DNA from: Kiritimatiellia bacterium
Lineage (GTDB): Bacteria > Verrucomicrobiota > Kiritimatiellia > RFP12 > UBA1067
Assembly (NCBI GenBank): GCA_045599105.1
Contig: JAZRVL010000049.1
Location: 6,507 to 70,506 of the forward strand
Direction of reading: 5' to 3'
Length of the DNA stretch: 64,000 bases
Position numbers and translations under genes: made by a program. Below, piece by piece: positions 9,668 to 21,100 of this stretch. Under the pieces are notes generated by a model. That model searched no databases. It was given only the letters and a program-made list of their open reading frames with translations, and was not told the origin of the DNA. Numbering within the stretch: position 1 is the stretch's first letter; every line of letters starts with the position of its first letter.

Positions 9668-11220
9668 TTAAACTTCACCTCCACCGTAAATTGTTCTAAG
9701 TCGCCGTTTTTACCGATTGTTGACATATCCGTAATCTTGATGGTGGATGGATCAACTACTGCCTTGCCCTTGAGTTTCTCAACCACGATTTCCGAAACTG
9801 TCTTGCCGTTTGCGCCCTTGACCCGATCGCGCCATGACCGAATCGTGATTTTGCCATCGCTCGACCACTTCTCAATCCACATCCCAGGAAGTAACGATTC
9901 TCTTACAGCGTTCATCCGCTGCACTGCACTTGAACGCGCCACCATTAAACTCCTAAGTGCATCGGCTTGTGCTTTGACACTCTCAAGCTCCTTGTTGGCA
10001 TTGACAATTTCTCGATCCACTGCACCGAGTGAATTTGCCTTTATCAATACTGCGTCACGTTGCGCCCCGATGATCTCCGCCTCCTTGTTGTAAACAAGCA
10101 TCACCACGACTAACGCGAGTGCAATTAACGACCCGCCAGCAATGAGATATGGGATGCGCGCCCGCTCTGCCCGATCGGCAACAATTGATGGTGGAAGCAG
10201 GTTAATTGCAAATCGTGCTACTCCCGCTGCATGAAGTGCAAGTCCCCTGGTCGCTGGAAGAAATACATCCTCTTCGTCGAGCGCTTCAACGTCAATCTCG
10301 AGCGACTCCGCAAAGAACTGATCAATCTGCGCCAAAAGCACACTACCACCAGTGAGATATAACTTGGTTGGCATTCCCCCGTGTTGTTGGCTCCGATAGA
10401 AATTAATTGACCGCGAAATTTCCGCATGGAGTCTGGTCATCACCGCTCGACATGCTTTTGAAATCATATCCACGGTTGGATCCGCGTCTTCCATGACACC
10501 GCCTGATGCGACATAACCCTTCTCTCGCTTGAGTGCCTCGGCTTCCTCCAGCGAACAGCCGAGCGCGTTGGCGATTTCCTTGGTGATCGCATTACCCGCA
10601 ATTGGAATTGAGCGATTGTAGAGTTTATCGCCTTCCACAACAACCAACGATGTTGTTCGCGCTCCAATATCAAGGATAATTGTGCAATTCTCCTCTTCGT
10701 CAGGATGATTGGCTTTTAAGACATTAGTGAGTGCGAGCGGCGAGACATCTACAAACTCAGGACTAAACCCAAGTCCAGTAAGCGCGGAAGTGATGGCCTC
10801 AATCTGATCGACCTTAGCTGCGACAATCATTACCGACTTATCGCCATTCTCCGTGTCCCCGAGAATTTGCCGATCCGCAACCATTTCGTCAATCGGGAAG
10901 GGAATTCCTTGCTCGATTTCGTATTTGACGAGTTGTTCGAATTTCTCTTTACCACCCACCATTGGAATTGCCGCAAACTTCGGAAACACCATCTGTCCCG
11001 AAATTGCGAGCGCAAGCTTACCGGGCTTAATACCCTTGGTAGTCATGATTTCACGAAGCGCTGGCGCGAGAATGGTCTCCGCATTGCCTCCGTCGAGTGG
11101 CGAAGCGAGCTCCGCGATACCATATTTAAGGAGCTTTACCGCCCCCTTGGCGCCAAGCTCGTATTCTGCGAGCGTGACATTCGCAGCTCCTATATTAAGC
11201 GTTTGAATTGTTTTGGCCAT
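9664..11220 (-). CDS. PilM-PilN fusion (GspL-like) assembly protein
   Basis: Actin-like ATPase fold motifs LDIGARTTSLVVVEGDKLYNRSIPIAGNAITKEIA. These are followed by the PilN hallmark INLLPPSIV and the TM IPYLIAGGSLIALALVVVMLVY. The start is taken at MAKTIQTLNIG (ATG 11220-11218) rather than the longest ORF (11286), which would overlap the upstream gene by 46 nt. Confidence 0.8.
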   Translation of the reverse strand: MAKTIQTLNIGAANVTLAEYELGAKGAVKLLKYGIAELASPLDGGNAETILAPALREIMTTKGIKPGKLALAISGQMVFPKFAAIPMVGGKEKFEQLVKYEIEQGIPFPIDEMVADRQILGDTENGDKSVMIVAAKVDQIEAITSALTGLGFSPEFVDVSPLALTNVLKANHPDEEENCTIILDIGARTTSLVVVEGDKLYNRSIPIAGNAITKEIANALGCSLEEAEALKREKGYVASGGVMEDADPTVDMISKACRAVMTRLHAEISRSINFYRSQQHGGMPTKLYLTGGSVLLAQIDQFFAESLEIDVEALDEEDVFLPATRGLALHAAGVARFAINLLPPSIVADRAERARIPYLIAGGSLIALALVVVMLVYNKEAEIIGAQRDAVLIKANSLGAVDREIVNANKELESVKAQADALRSLMVARSSAVQRMNAVRESLLPGMWIEKWSSDGKITIRSWRDRVKGANGKTVSEIVVEKLKGKAVVDPSTIKITDMSTIGKNGDLEQFTVEVKFK

Positions 11221-11240
11221 ATTACAAGTTTTCCAAAAGT

Positions 11241-11945
11241 TTACTGAAGTGTTGCCTCGTAATCGTTCGGGCAAACAAGTCCCCAAATCGTCTTGGAGCG
11301 ATCCACGAGTCCCTGACGACGCTCGATCATCGGAGTATCGTCATCGGTCTTGGCATTCATGATTTTATTGTCTTCCCAGAACTTTGTCCCTGACTCTATA
11401 CCCTTGATTTCGCTCCAGCTGTCTCCTCCCAATGTGTCTCCCTTTTCGTTGGTAATCTCAAGTCCTACCGCCCTGGGCTCGCCATAACGCTCCAAATACG
11501 ATGGTGGCAGCACTACCGATGCGCCGTGTTGACCTGCAGGAATGTTGAAATAAGTGACCGTCGTCGTGAAATAACTATAAGGCGCCAGTCCTTCTTTATT
11601 GCCCTTGTTCTCCTTGGCGAGCTTGGAGTCCAGTAAAACGTGCCAAGTAAAAGTGAGCTGATCCAAAAACTTTGAGCCATCGTCCTTGCCAAAAGTTGTA
11701 TACTTTGTTTTCAGAACGATCCACTGCCGCGGCTTTTTAAAGTACTCGTTAAGCCCATTGATGTTTGGTGCCATTGCGAGCGCACCCTGTCCGAGCTGCA
11801 CTTGCTCGATGAGAATCTTCGCCGCCTTACCAGTCGTCTCCATTTCGTCATTGCCTGGCATCGCCTTTTGCCTACCGCGGGTTGCCGCGCCTGCCGCTAC
11901 CGCCATCGTGATCACCATCGCCATCGCCAAGAATTTCGTGTTCAT
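11241..11945 (-). CDS. secreted protein of unknown function (Amuc_1102 position)
   Basis: 234 aa with signal peptide MNTKFLAMAMVITMAVAAGAA. It is the first gene of the platform cluster. I recognise no motif. Confidence 0.6.
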   Translation of the reverse strand: MNTKFLAMAMVITMAVAAGAATRGRQKAMPGNDEMETTGKAAKILIEQVQLGQGALAMAPNINGLNEYFKKPRQWIVLKTKYTTFGKDDGSKFLDQLTFTWHVLLDSKLAKENKGNKEGLAPYSYFTTTVTYFNIPAGQHGASVVLPPSYLERYGEPRAVGLEITNEKGDTLGGDSWSEIKGIESGTKFWEDNKIMNAKTDDDTPMIERRQGLVDRSKTIWGLVCPNDYEATLQ

Positions 11946-11968
11946 TTGTGCTCGTTCCTTTCTTTTTG

Positions 11969-12955
11969 TTAAAGTACTTTCATTTTGGGAAGGTCTTGAA
12001 TATCTACAATTCCAACTACTTTACCCTCGCGGTTACATACGGGTAAATCATCTATTCGCTTCTTCTCAAAAATCTTAAGGAGCTCCGCCGCGTATGCATC
12101 CTCATAAACAAAGGCCGGCTTTTTTGTCATATAGTCCGCAATCGGTGATGCAAGCGACTTGTCGCTACCGCCTTGAGACATTACCCGTCTAAAATCACCA
12201 TCCGTGAAAAATCCCTCCAGTGCGCCCGTACTATTGACAATCGCCGCTGCTCCTCCCTTCGCCGCAGTCATTGCCATTACCGTCTCCATCACCGTCGCAC
12301 TCTGATTAACCAATGCGAGTCGTTCGCCTTTGCGCATAATATCCGAGACCTTCATGACCAATGCTCGCCCGATTGCGCCCGCTGGATGGTTCATCGCATA
12401 CTCTTCGATTTTGAACTCCTGCGCATCAATCATCACCATCGCGAGCGCATCTCCCATCGCAAGCGTCGCAGTTACAGAATTCGTGGGCGCCATTCCAAAA
12501 GGGCACGCCTCTTTGCCGCACGGAATTTCAATATGAATATCACTTAAAGTTGCAAGGGTTGACTTGCTATTGCCCGTAAGTGAAATTACTTTAAGTCCAT
12601 GACGACGAATCGCTGGGATAAGACGAATCACTTCGTCGCTCTCGCCACTAAAGGAAAGGGCAATTAGAATATCCCGCGAAGAAACCATTCCCAAATCTCC
12701 GTGCATCGCTTGCACAGGATTTAAGACGATTGAACGCGTTCCTGTCGATGCAAAGATTGCGCTCATCTTCTCCGCGACATGAAGATTTTTGCCAACTCCC
12801 GTGACGACCACTATCCCGCCCGCCTTAATCGCGACTTGCATCATCGCAATTGCCTCCACAAAGCTCTCGCTCAGGGAGTCGCGAGTTTTCTTGAGTCCTT
12901 CGATTTCTACTTCGAAGACCTCGCGTGCACGTTTAAGTTGGTTTTCTTTAGTCAC
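11969..12955 (-). CDS. kdsD: arabinose-5-phosphate isomerase (KpsF/GutQ family, SIS + CBS pair)
   Basis: SIS motifs VVVTGVGKNLHVAEKMSAIFASTGTRS and ALSFSGESDE, with a C-terminal CBS pair. GTG start lies 1 nt after the pta stop. Confidence 0.85.
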   Translation of the reverse strand: MTKENQLKRAREVFEVEIEGLKKTRDSLSESFVEAIAMMQVAIKAGGIVVVTGVGKNLHVAEKMSAIFASTGTRSIVLNPVQAMHGDLGMVSSRDILIALSFSGESDEVIRLIPAIRRHGLKVISLTGNSKSTLATLSDIHIEIPCGKEACPFGMAPTNSVTATLAMGDALAMVMIDAQEFKIEEYAMNHPAGAIGRALVMKVSDIMRKGERLALVNQSATVMETVMAMTAAKGGAAAIVNSTGALEGFFTDGDFRRVMSQGGSDKSLASPIADYMTKKPAFVYEDAYAAELLKIFEKKRIDDLPVCNREGKVVGIVDIQDLPKMKVL

Positions 12956-12956
12956 G

Positions 12957-13994
12957 TTACTTGGTCGTTGATTGAAGGAGTGTTACGCACACGGTCGCAA
13001 CGATATCCTCGGCACTGCATCCGCGAGATAAATCATTCATCGCCTTGGCAAGTCCCTGCAAGTTGGGTCCTATCGCATCAGCGCCACCGATTCGTTGTGC
13101 AACTTTGTATGCGATATTGCCCGCTTGCAAATCTGGAAAGATAAAGACATTTGCATTGCCCTGAATCTCTCCATTTGGATTCTTTTGCTTGCCAACCGAG
13201 GGAACAATTGCCGCATCAAACTGCATTTCACCATCCATCTTGATCCCCGCCTCGGCAAACTTTGGCCGTGCGAGCTCTACCGCCTTTTGGACTTTTTCGA
13301 CGAGTTCACCCGCGGCACTACCCTTGGTGGAGAAAGATAGATACGCTACTCTTGGCTCGTTGCCCGTCAAATCTTTATAGCTTTGCGCCGTTGCAAGTCC
13401 GATATCCACGAGCTGCTCTGCCGTTGGGTTGGGAATGACTCCGCAGTCGCCAAATGCCAGCACACTGTCACCTGAGGCCGTCGGGATCTTAAGATCGATG
13501 ATAAAACAACTTGATGCGGTCTTTACTCCTTTTTGAGTGCCAAGCGTATGAAACGCCGCGCGCAGCATATCACCGGTAGAAGCAATCGATCCTGCTACGA
13601 GTCCATTTACTCGTCCTGTCTTCACCATCATTCCGCCGAAATAAATCCGCTTGGTGCGCAGTGTCGTCTCCGCGCCTTTAAGATCAATGAGCTTTTGCTT
13701 CTCCGCTGGCTTTTTGGACTCCTTGGCATTCCACGCTTCAAGGTATGCCTTTTCCAACTCCGCATCACCAAGCGTGTAATCGATGACCTTGATTCCGCGA
13801 TCCGCGAGTTTAACTCCCGCCTTCGCCTCAGCGTCCGCAATTTCCGCTGATGTACCAAGAACGATTGGGGTGGCGATCTTGCGATCAACACACGTACACG
13901 CCGCGGTAATGACGCGTGGATCTTGTCCTTCGGGAAGAACTACCGTCCCGTTTAGTTTCGACGCCCGCTCAATGATATCTTTAATTGCGTTCAT
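12957..13994 (-). CDS. pta: phosphate acetyltransferase
   Basis: 345 aa with VVLPEGQDPRVITAA and FPDLQAGNIAYK motifs. ATGA overlap with ackA. Confidence 0.9.
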   Translation of the reverse strand: MNAIKDIIERASKLNGTVVLPEGQDPRVITAACTCVDRKIATPIVLGTSAEIADAEAKAGVKLADRGIKVIDYTLGDAELEKAYLEAWNAKESKKPAEKQKLIDLKGAETTLRTKRIYFGGMMVKTGRVNGLVAGSIASTGDMLRAAFHTLGTQKGVKTASSCFIIDLKIPTASGDSVLAFGDCGVIPNPTAEQLVDIGLATAQSYKDLTGNEPRVAYLSFSTKGSAAGELVEKVQKAVELARPKFAEAGIKMDGEMQFDAAIVPSVGKQKNPNGEIQGNANVFIFPDLQAGNIAYKVAQRIGGADAIGPNLQGLAKAMNDLSRGCSAEDIVATVCVTLLQSTTK

Positions 13995-15133
13995 TTCGTC
14001 AACACCTCCACCGTATCCCGTGCAATCATTAGCTCCTCATTGGTCGGAAGCACGATGACTGGGATTTTTGAACCTTTAGCTGAAATGACTTTCACTTCGC
14101 CACGCACCTTGTTGGCGCTCTTGTCGAGCTTGATGCCGAGCGCCCCAAGACGATTGACAATCCGCGAGCGTGCCTCATCGGAGTTTTCACCGATTCCACC
14201 TGTCATGATGATTGCATCCGCTCCCCCAATAATCGTATTGTAAGCGCCGATATAAAGAGCAACCCGATAAGCAAGCATTTCGAGCGCAAGCTCGGCCTGC
14301 TTGTCACCTTTCGCTGCCTTCGTGCAAAGATCGCGACAATCACCGCCCTTCACTCCACCGACCGCTTGAAGACCCGACTGCTTGTTTAGGATGGTGTCCA
14401 TCTCTGCGGGCGAAAGCTTTTCACTCGCCATAATGGACAAAACTGCCGCCGCATCGATGTCACCGCACCGCGTTCCCATCACAAGACCCGCAAGTGGCGT
14501 CAAACCCATCGTCGTATCCACAACTCCACCGTTCTTAATTGCCGCGAGCGAGGATCCGTTGCCGAGATGGCAAGTGACCAAATTCACTTTTGCAACGGGC
14601 TTTTTGAGAAACTTCGCTGCCGCCTGCGTAATGAAACGATGACTTGTTCCGTGGAAACCATATTTGCGGATTCCGTACTTCTTGTAGTACTTGGGATCGA
14701 TTGCGTACATTCCGGCGCAATCGGGCATCGTCGCGATGTGGAAGGCGGTATCGAAGACGCCGACGTTGGGAACGCCCTTGAAGATCTTCTCGCATGCTTC
14801 CACTCCGCCCAAATTAGCTGGCATGTGCAGAGGGCCGAACTTCACGAGCTTCTTGGCTTTCGCCATATTCGCCTTGTTCATAAGCGCCGACTTGGTAAAT
14901 ACCTCGCCGCCATGAAGGATGCGATGACCAATTGCATCAATACCCTTGGCTTGATCGCCGAGATCGGCGACTACCTTCTTGAGCGCCTCGGCGTGATTCT
15001 TGGGCCCACCCGCACCGATGCGTTCGACGAGACCCTTGGCGAGCCGCGTCTCGCTCTTCATATCGAAGAGCTGGTACTTGAGCGAGCTCGATCCCGAATT
15101 TACTACGAGAACTTTTCTAATCTGCTTTTTCAT
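13991..15133 (-). CDS. ackA: acetate kinase
   Basis: VLVVNSGSSSLKYQLFDM, HRILHGGE, GFHGTSH, TCHLGNGSSLAAIKNG and IIMTGGIGENS. The start lies 5 nt after the stop of the 4021-aa gene. Confidence 0.92.
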   Translation of the reverse strand: MKKQIRKVLVVNSGSSSLKYQLFDMKSETRLAKGLVERIGAGGPKNHAEALKKVVADLGDQAKGIDAIGHRILHGGEVFTKSALMNKANMAKAKKLVKFGPLHMPANLGGVEACEKIFKGVPNVGVFDTAFHIATMPDCAGMYAIDPKYYKKYGIRKYGFHGTSHRFITQAAAKFLKKPVAKVNLVTCHLGNGSSLAAIKNGGVVDTTMGLTPLAGLVMGTRCGDIDAAAVLSIMASEKLSPAEMDTILNKQSGLQAVGGVKGGDCRDLCTKAAKGDKQAELALEMLAYRVALYIGAYNTIIGGADAIIMTGGIGENSDEARSRIVNRLGALGIKLDKSANKVRGEVKVISAKGSKIPVIVLPTNEELMIARDTVEVLTK

Positions 15134-15138
15134 TTTTC

Positions 15139-18100
15139 TTACTTTTGGGATACCTTGATTTGATACATCGCGCCTGTCGCGTCCTCGTCCTCAAGCGGCA
15201 TTTCGATTACCGCCTCGGTCTTGCCAAGCGTAATCGTGCCCTCCTTGGCGACGATCGGCTTTGCGGCGAGCGAAGTGTACTTCAAGATCCGGTACTCAAC
15301 CGTGAGGTTCTCCACCGCTGGGAAGGTGTAGAAGACCGCGAGTTCCGAATCCGCCGCGGCCGACTCGACATCGGCCACGACCTTGAACTTCGCCTTGCCG
15401 TCCTCTACCACGAAGTTGGCGATTGAAAGCGAGTGTTCGGCGATCTTGGCGTCGGTCGTCGCCTTGATAATGGCGTCGTTCGGATCCTCGCCTTCCCCGA
15501 CATCGAGATTCATCATCGCCGCCAGCAAGTTGGCGTTGCCAAGCGAGACGCTCATCAGCGTAGCAAGGCCCTTCGAGACCGGGTTCTCATTCGTCGTCAG
15601 TTCGCCGACCAAACTCTTCATCGAAACATAACTTCCGGCGGTGCGTGGCGCGAGCTCGGTGGCGCCCTTGGTGCTTAGATTTTTGCTCTGCGTCCATTCC
15701 CAGGCATCGGGCAAACCATCCTGATCGGTGTCGCAATCGTCGATGTAGACGGTTACCAGATTATGCGTTCCGACCTTCGGCCCGACCTTGATCGACTTCG
15801 GGGTGTAGATTATGCCGTCGCGCTGATCACGAACGCAGGCGTATCCCCAACTTTCCCAATTATCGCGCTTGCCGTTATTGTTGGTGTCGATGTAGGCCAT
15901 TACATAATAGCTACCCTCGGTAAGCCCGATGATCGAGGCGTTCTTGACTGGCGCAGTCGTGCTATTGGAGACGCTACTCTTGTCCGCGGTCTTGACATAA
16001 CCCGCAGAGGCGGAAAGGCCGGAGAAGTCGGGCGTATCGAACGCTTCGACGCGAACCGTACCTTCATCAAGAACAACCGTGTGGCCGAAGTACTTGACCG
16101 CGACTTCAATCGTGCCGTAATCGAGCTGATCCTCGGGAACGTTCATCTTGAAGCTTACCGCGTTGCTCCACTTATCCGAACGGAACTTCGCATTATAGGA
16201 AGTAATCTTCCACTTGTAGGTCTTATCGTTCTTAAATTCCTCACCATCAATAGTTGAATCCCCGACGCAGATTGGCGCGGTCCAGCAATAGTAACCGTCT
16301 GCACCACGCGCAGGCATCAACTGAATACCGCTCTTCCAAGAGAAATCATCTCCTTCAACCGAAATCTGGAATGCCGTATAAGTATTATATCCATTATCCG
16401 TCCACTTAAAGGTTGGCCGTGGTGAATATACTACTCCGTCGCTCGTTCCGCCAGGTGCGATTGGCGTTGGCACTTTGCGGTCTGTAAAGCTATCATAACG
16501 GCGAACAATGCACTGCGCCTGAACTAACGCATTCGAAACATCAAGTAACGAACTCATAGTGACTTTATTTTTAGCGTTAGCACCCTCTTCAATTGCAACA
16601 TTTCCTAAGACAACTCCAAAAACTACTTCGGCAACATCATTATCGGACGAACCTTCGGGAATCATTCCCCAACCGATATCGTAGATACCATTGTCTGGAT
16701 CCAAAATATCACCTTCGTGAATATAATTGCGCCCAGCATCGGAGTAATCAATGACCTTGTCCATCACCTTATAACCATTAATATTTACCTCCGTTGCCGT
16801 GGTTTGTCCATTCATCTTAAAGCCCTGCATATAGATTCGCGTCCAATGGGTCGTTGGATCAACCGCAGCGCCACTCGCCTCGGACTCGATCACATCCCCA
16901 GTATCCGAACGAACAACCTGTCGATCGGTCATGCCAGTAGTGAGCTGATAACGTGCAAACACTGGATTGGTATCGGTAAGCTCAATTGCGAACTTGCCAT
17001 AATTCCAACCCACATCCACATTATACGCAACTCCAAATGGTTCACCTGGGTCGTACTTGCCGTTTGCGTCGATCGTATCGGCGAAGACGATGAAGTTGTT
17101 CTTACCTTCCTTGAGGTGACCTACCGAGTTATTGCTCTCGCTACGTGGATCGGCATCACCCAAATAGTACGTTGAGGTCCTACCCGCACTCACTGGCTTC
17201 GACGACCAAGCTATTCTTGTGTATGACTGGGCAAAGGTATAGACCGACACAATTGTCGCGCCAATCGTCGCCGACGTTGGATCCGCCAAGTCTCCAGTAA
17301 AGATTGCATACTCTGGAAGCTTGGAGAAGTCCACAACCACCTCTCCTGTCGCATAATCGATCTCGCCCAACACTTCGCCATTGAGCTCATAGACCAAGTC
17401 TCCCTTGCCAGAATTATCATTGCGCATCGAGTCGTGCACCAAGCTTTCCCAGTCGGCACTTTCGGCTCCATGTGAATAACTCTGTCCAGACATCAAGTCA
17501 ACGACCAACCAATTCGGGTCCTTGAACTCGATCTTAAACGACCCTGCAACCACACTACCTGGCGAGAGATGCGTCATGATTTCCTTGGATGGATTCATAC
17601 CCAAGAATTTGGTCTTGGCCATGACGTTCGTATTTGAAGTGGTCTGTCTATCATCACCCGTATTGACCTCGCCAATCGTCCACTTTGCGTCAGGAATCGA
17701 TTGGAAGGTGCGACTCTTCTCGTCCGCACAATTCCACGCCTGCACCACAATCGGGCAGTTCACGTTCTGCTCACCGAGGTAAGTGATTGACGCCTCTACA
17801 ATCGGAACTGGATATTGCGCCACTTCAATTCCATCAATGGCAAGTGACGCATTCTTTGTAGGATCGGTGTCGGCCTGGAATTCCGCATAGTTCGACCAAC
17901 CATCACCATCTGGATCCTTATTGGCATCATAGATGTATGGGCTGACTGCCGAGAGGTTCTTCCACTGAACTTCCCAAGTATCAGCCATGTGATCATGATC
18001 CGTGAAGACATCGCCAATATAGAGCTTGCCGAGCTTCACATAAGCATCAGGCACATAGCCGTTGGTCTTGGGATTGATTGGATCGAAAGACTTTCCAGGA

Positions 18101-21100
18101 ATCATGTACACCTCGTTGAGCAGGTACTCAACGTAGTTCGAAAGCCCATCCTTGTCACTATCTTCGTGGCCATTCTTGCCCGAGATACCGTATATCTGCT
18201 CCCACCAATCTGGAAGTCCGTTGCCGTTAAAGTCGGCAATATCGCGGAAGGCGGGATCGGGAACCGTGCTGCCAGGCAAAAGTCCAGCGACAAGATCGCG
18301 CATATAGTCGGCGGGATTGCCCATGTACCAATCTGGCACACCGTCGCCATTGGAATCGATTCCTGTAAGCGTCCAGGCGGTCATCGCGCCCTGCCCGTCC
18401 CAATAATCGCTCTCGCGCTTGGCGAAAGCGCCGCCGAGCGGCAAAAGATCGGTGACACCCACCATACGGCTACGATTATCAAATCTCCGCTTGAGGTAAA
18501 GTCCCTCGTATTCTGGATGCATCTCTTCGTAGCGCAACACTTTGAAGCGACGATTGTCATTGTCGTTTTCATACGTCGCCCAACCGTATGGATTGGCCGA
18601 GTTCGGAATCTTGAAGCTATCAAATCCCGAAGTGTTCGACGGCACGTACGCCGCACGCGCATCCGCCCAATAGATCGAGTCGGCAAACGATCCATCCATT
18701 GCGCTTAAGTGCGCTACCGTATTTTCAATCCACGGAAGCACCGTCGCGTCCGTATAAACCGTGCTCTTGCACTTGAGGGTCGTTTGATCAACCCACCAGC
18801 TCGGCGCGAGCAAGTTATCATCCACCGTATTATCGGGCGCAAAAGCTCCCTTCACATTAAACGCCCCCGGCACCAACGCCACATCCTCCTCCTTGGTCGC
18901 GCCCGGCAACGACGTGAAGTCGTAGTGCATCATGAGCTGCGGCGGAATGGCCGCCGTGCCCATCACGTTCGCGTTGTCGTTGCGTCTTGCTTCGTTGCTC
19001 CACGCCTCGAAGACCTTCGTGCGATTTTCTTCAACATCCGATAGCGTATAGGCCTTGCCCTTCTCCGAGTTGATTTCCGCTTCCGTCCGCGCACCATCCC
19101 AAATCCGAACTTCCGCGACATAACCCTTGAAGAAGTCGGTAAGCGCACCAACCTCGTCGATAGTCGCCGGATACGTCGTCTCGAGTTCCGGATGGAAGGT
19201 TATCGGATACTTGATGTGCCGCGCACCAATCACGAACGATCCCGGCGCCACGGTGAAATCGGCAGCCGGGTAATCCGCGCTTGACGCCGGATCCTGCAAG
19301 ATCGGAACGATGCCGTTCGCCGGAATGAGCGAACTTTGCGCATAAGCTTCCTGCTCGCCGTTGACGTAGAGTCTCAGCTCCTTGCCGTCGTAGGAGAGAG
19401 CGAGATGAGTCCACTCGCCGAGCTTGGCGCTCTCGCGGGAGACGACGATGCAACCTGCGCCCGGAGTCCCCGAGGGAACCGCCGCCGAATCGTCGAACGA
19501 GCCGACGAACTTGCCTTCCTTAAGTTCGAGCCGGAAGTTGGCGCGCCACTGCTCCGTGCCCTGCTCCGCGCCCGCGGTCGCCGGAGTGTACACCGCTCCG
19601 CGCTCGAGAATCGTTCCCTCGGCCTCGGGCTTCACCCAGCACTCGACCGTGAACTGACGGAACATATCGTATGCCGCATCCGTATTGAGCTTTTCGCTAT
19701 GCGGATTGATGTAGGTTCCGGTGCGTTGATAGGCGACGCCCTTGTTGTCTTCGCCGCCGAGATAAATCGCCGCGCGACGATAGGGATCGGACGTGACGAG
19801 CGGATCGGTCGCGGCGATGATACCCGCGGTAAGTTCGCGCGAATCCGCCGTCCAGTCGTTATCGGTATCGTAACCCTCGTTACCCTCAAAGGTAAACATA
19901 TAGTCACGTCCAGTATCCTGGCTCTCGCCCACGATGGCCCACGGCAACTTTTCGCTATAATAAGCATAGCTCAGTCTCGTTACCGAAAGTGGCGCCGACG
20001 GCTCGGTCATCCAAAGCGGAGTCGGATCGGTGTGGCTCGTAGTCGGGCTGGTCATATTGCCCGTAATTGCTTCCTCGAAGTTACGGATCTTGTCGTTGTC
20101 GGGGTCGGCGTCGGGCGCGCCCGCGAGCCACGGATAACGATCAAAGTCGTAATTGGCCTCAATCTCGCCAAATCTCGTCCAAGCATTTTCCTTGGCATTG
20201 ATGATAATAGTCTTAGTTTCGCCCTCCGCATTAGTTACCTTAATCTCACCGAGGGATTCAGAGATAATATCACGGCCCGACTCGCCACCATAAAGCGGGT
20301 TAAGACCGTGGTAGAGTTCCCAATAGTCGTCCATACCATCTACATCACTATCCCACTGACGCGGATCGGTGGAAGCATAGACGATAGCCGGCAACCTTGC
20401 CGCGCCAAAGAACGTTACCTCATACACTGGGGATGGCGGCTGCATATAAAGCATGCTCGCGTTAGGATCCCACGTGCGTGGTGGCGGAGCAAAGTAACCA
20501 GTTGCCGCCCAATCCCAATCGTTTGGATCCAATGCACCCTCAGCATAAAGTGCGGCCATTGCCGGATTTTCCTTAATTGCCAGTGCATAGAAATTGGTCT
20601 CACTCGTATAGTCAAACGAAGGATACGTATACGCACTGACCCGCTCGCTGACCGTAATTGGATCTGGCTCCTCCAAGCTAAATGGATTAATAACCGGCCA
20701 CTTGACGATTCGACCATTGAGCGGGGTTTCGCTATCGTCATAGCGGAACGAGCGAACTGCCTGCACTAAGTATTCCTGATAGTTCTGAAGTCCATCGCCG
20801 TCAAAATCAAAGTCGCGATAAGTGCCTGTACGATAGTCCATAAGCTCTGCCATATCCATATAGGTATAGGCGTCAAAGGAATAGGTTCCGTCCATACCGC
20901 CCGCGATAAAGTGGCCGTTACCATTACGGCTATTACGATCGGGATCTGGCGTATCGATAATCGGCGTAATCCCATTTAAGGTTCCGTCCGCCGCTTTGAG
21001 CTTGTCCGTATAGACCGCAGGCCCCGAGACCGGATTGCCCTCGCCATTTACCACGAAGCCCGCGAACTGCCATTCCCACAAATCCGGCAATCCATCACCG

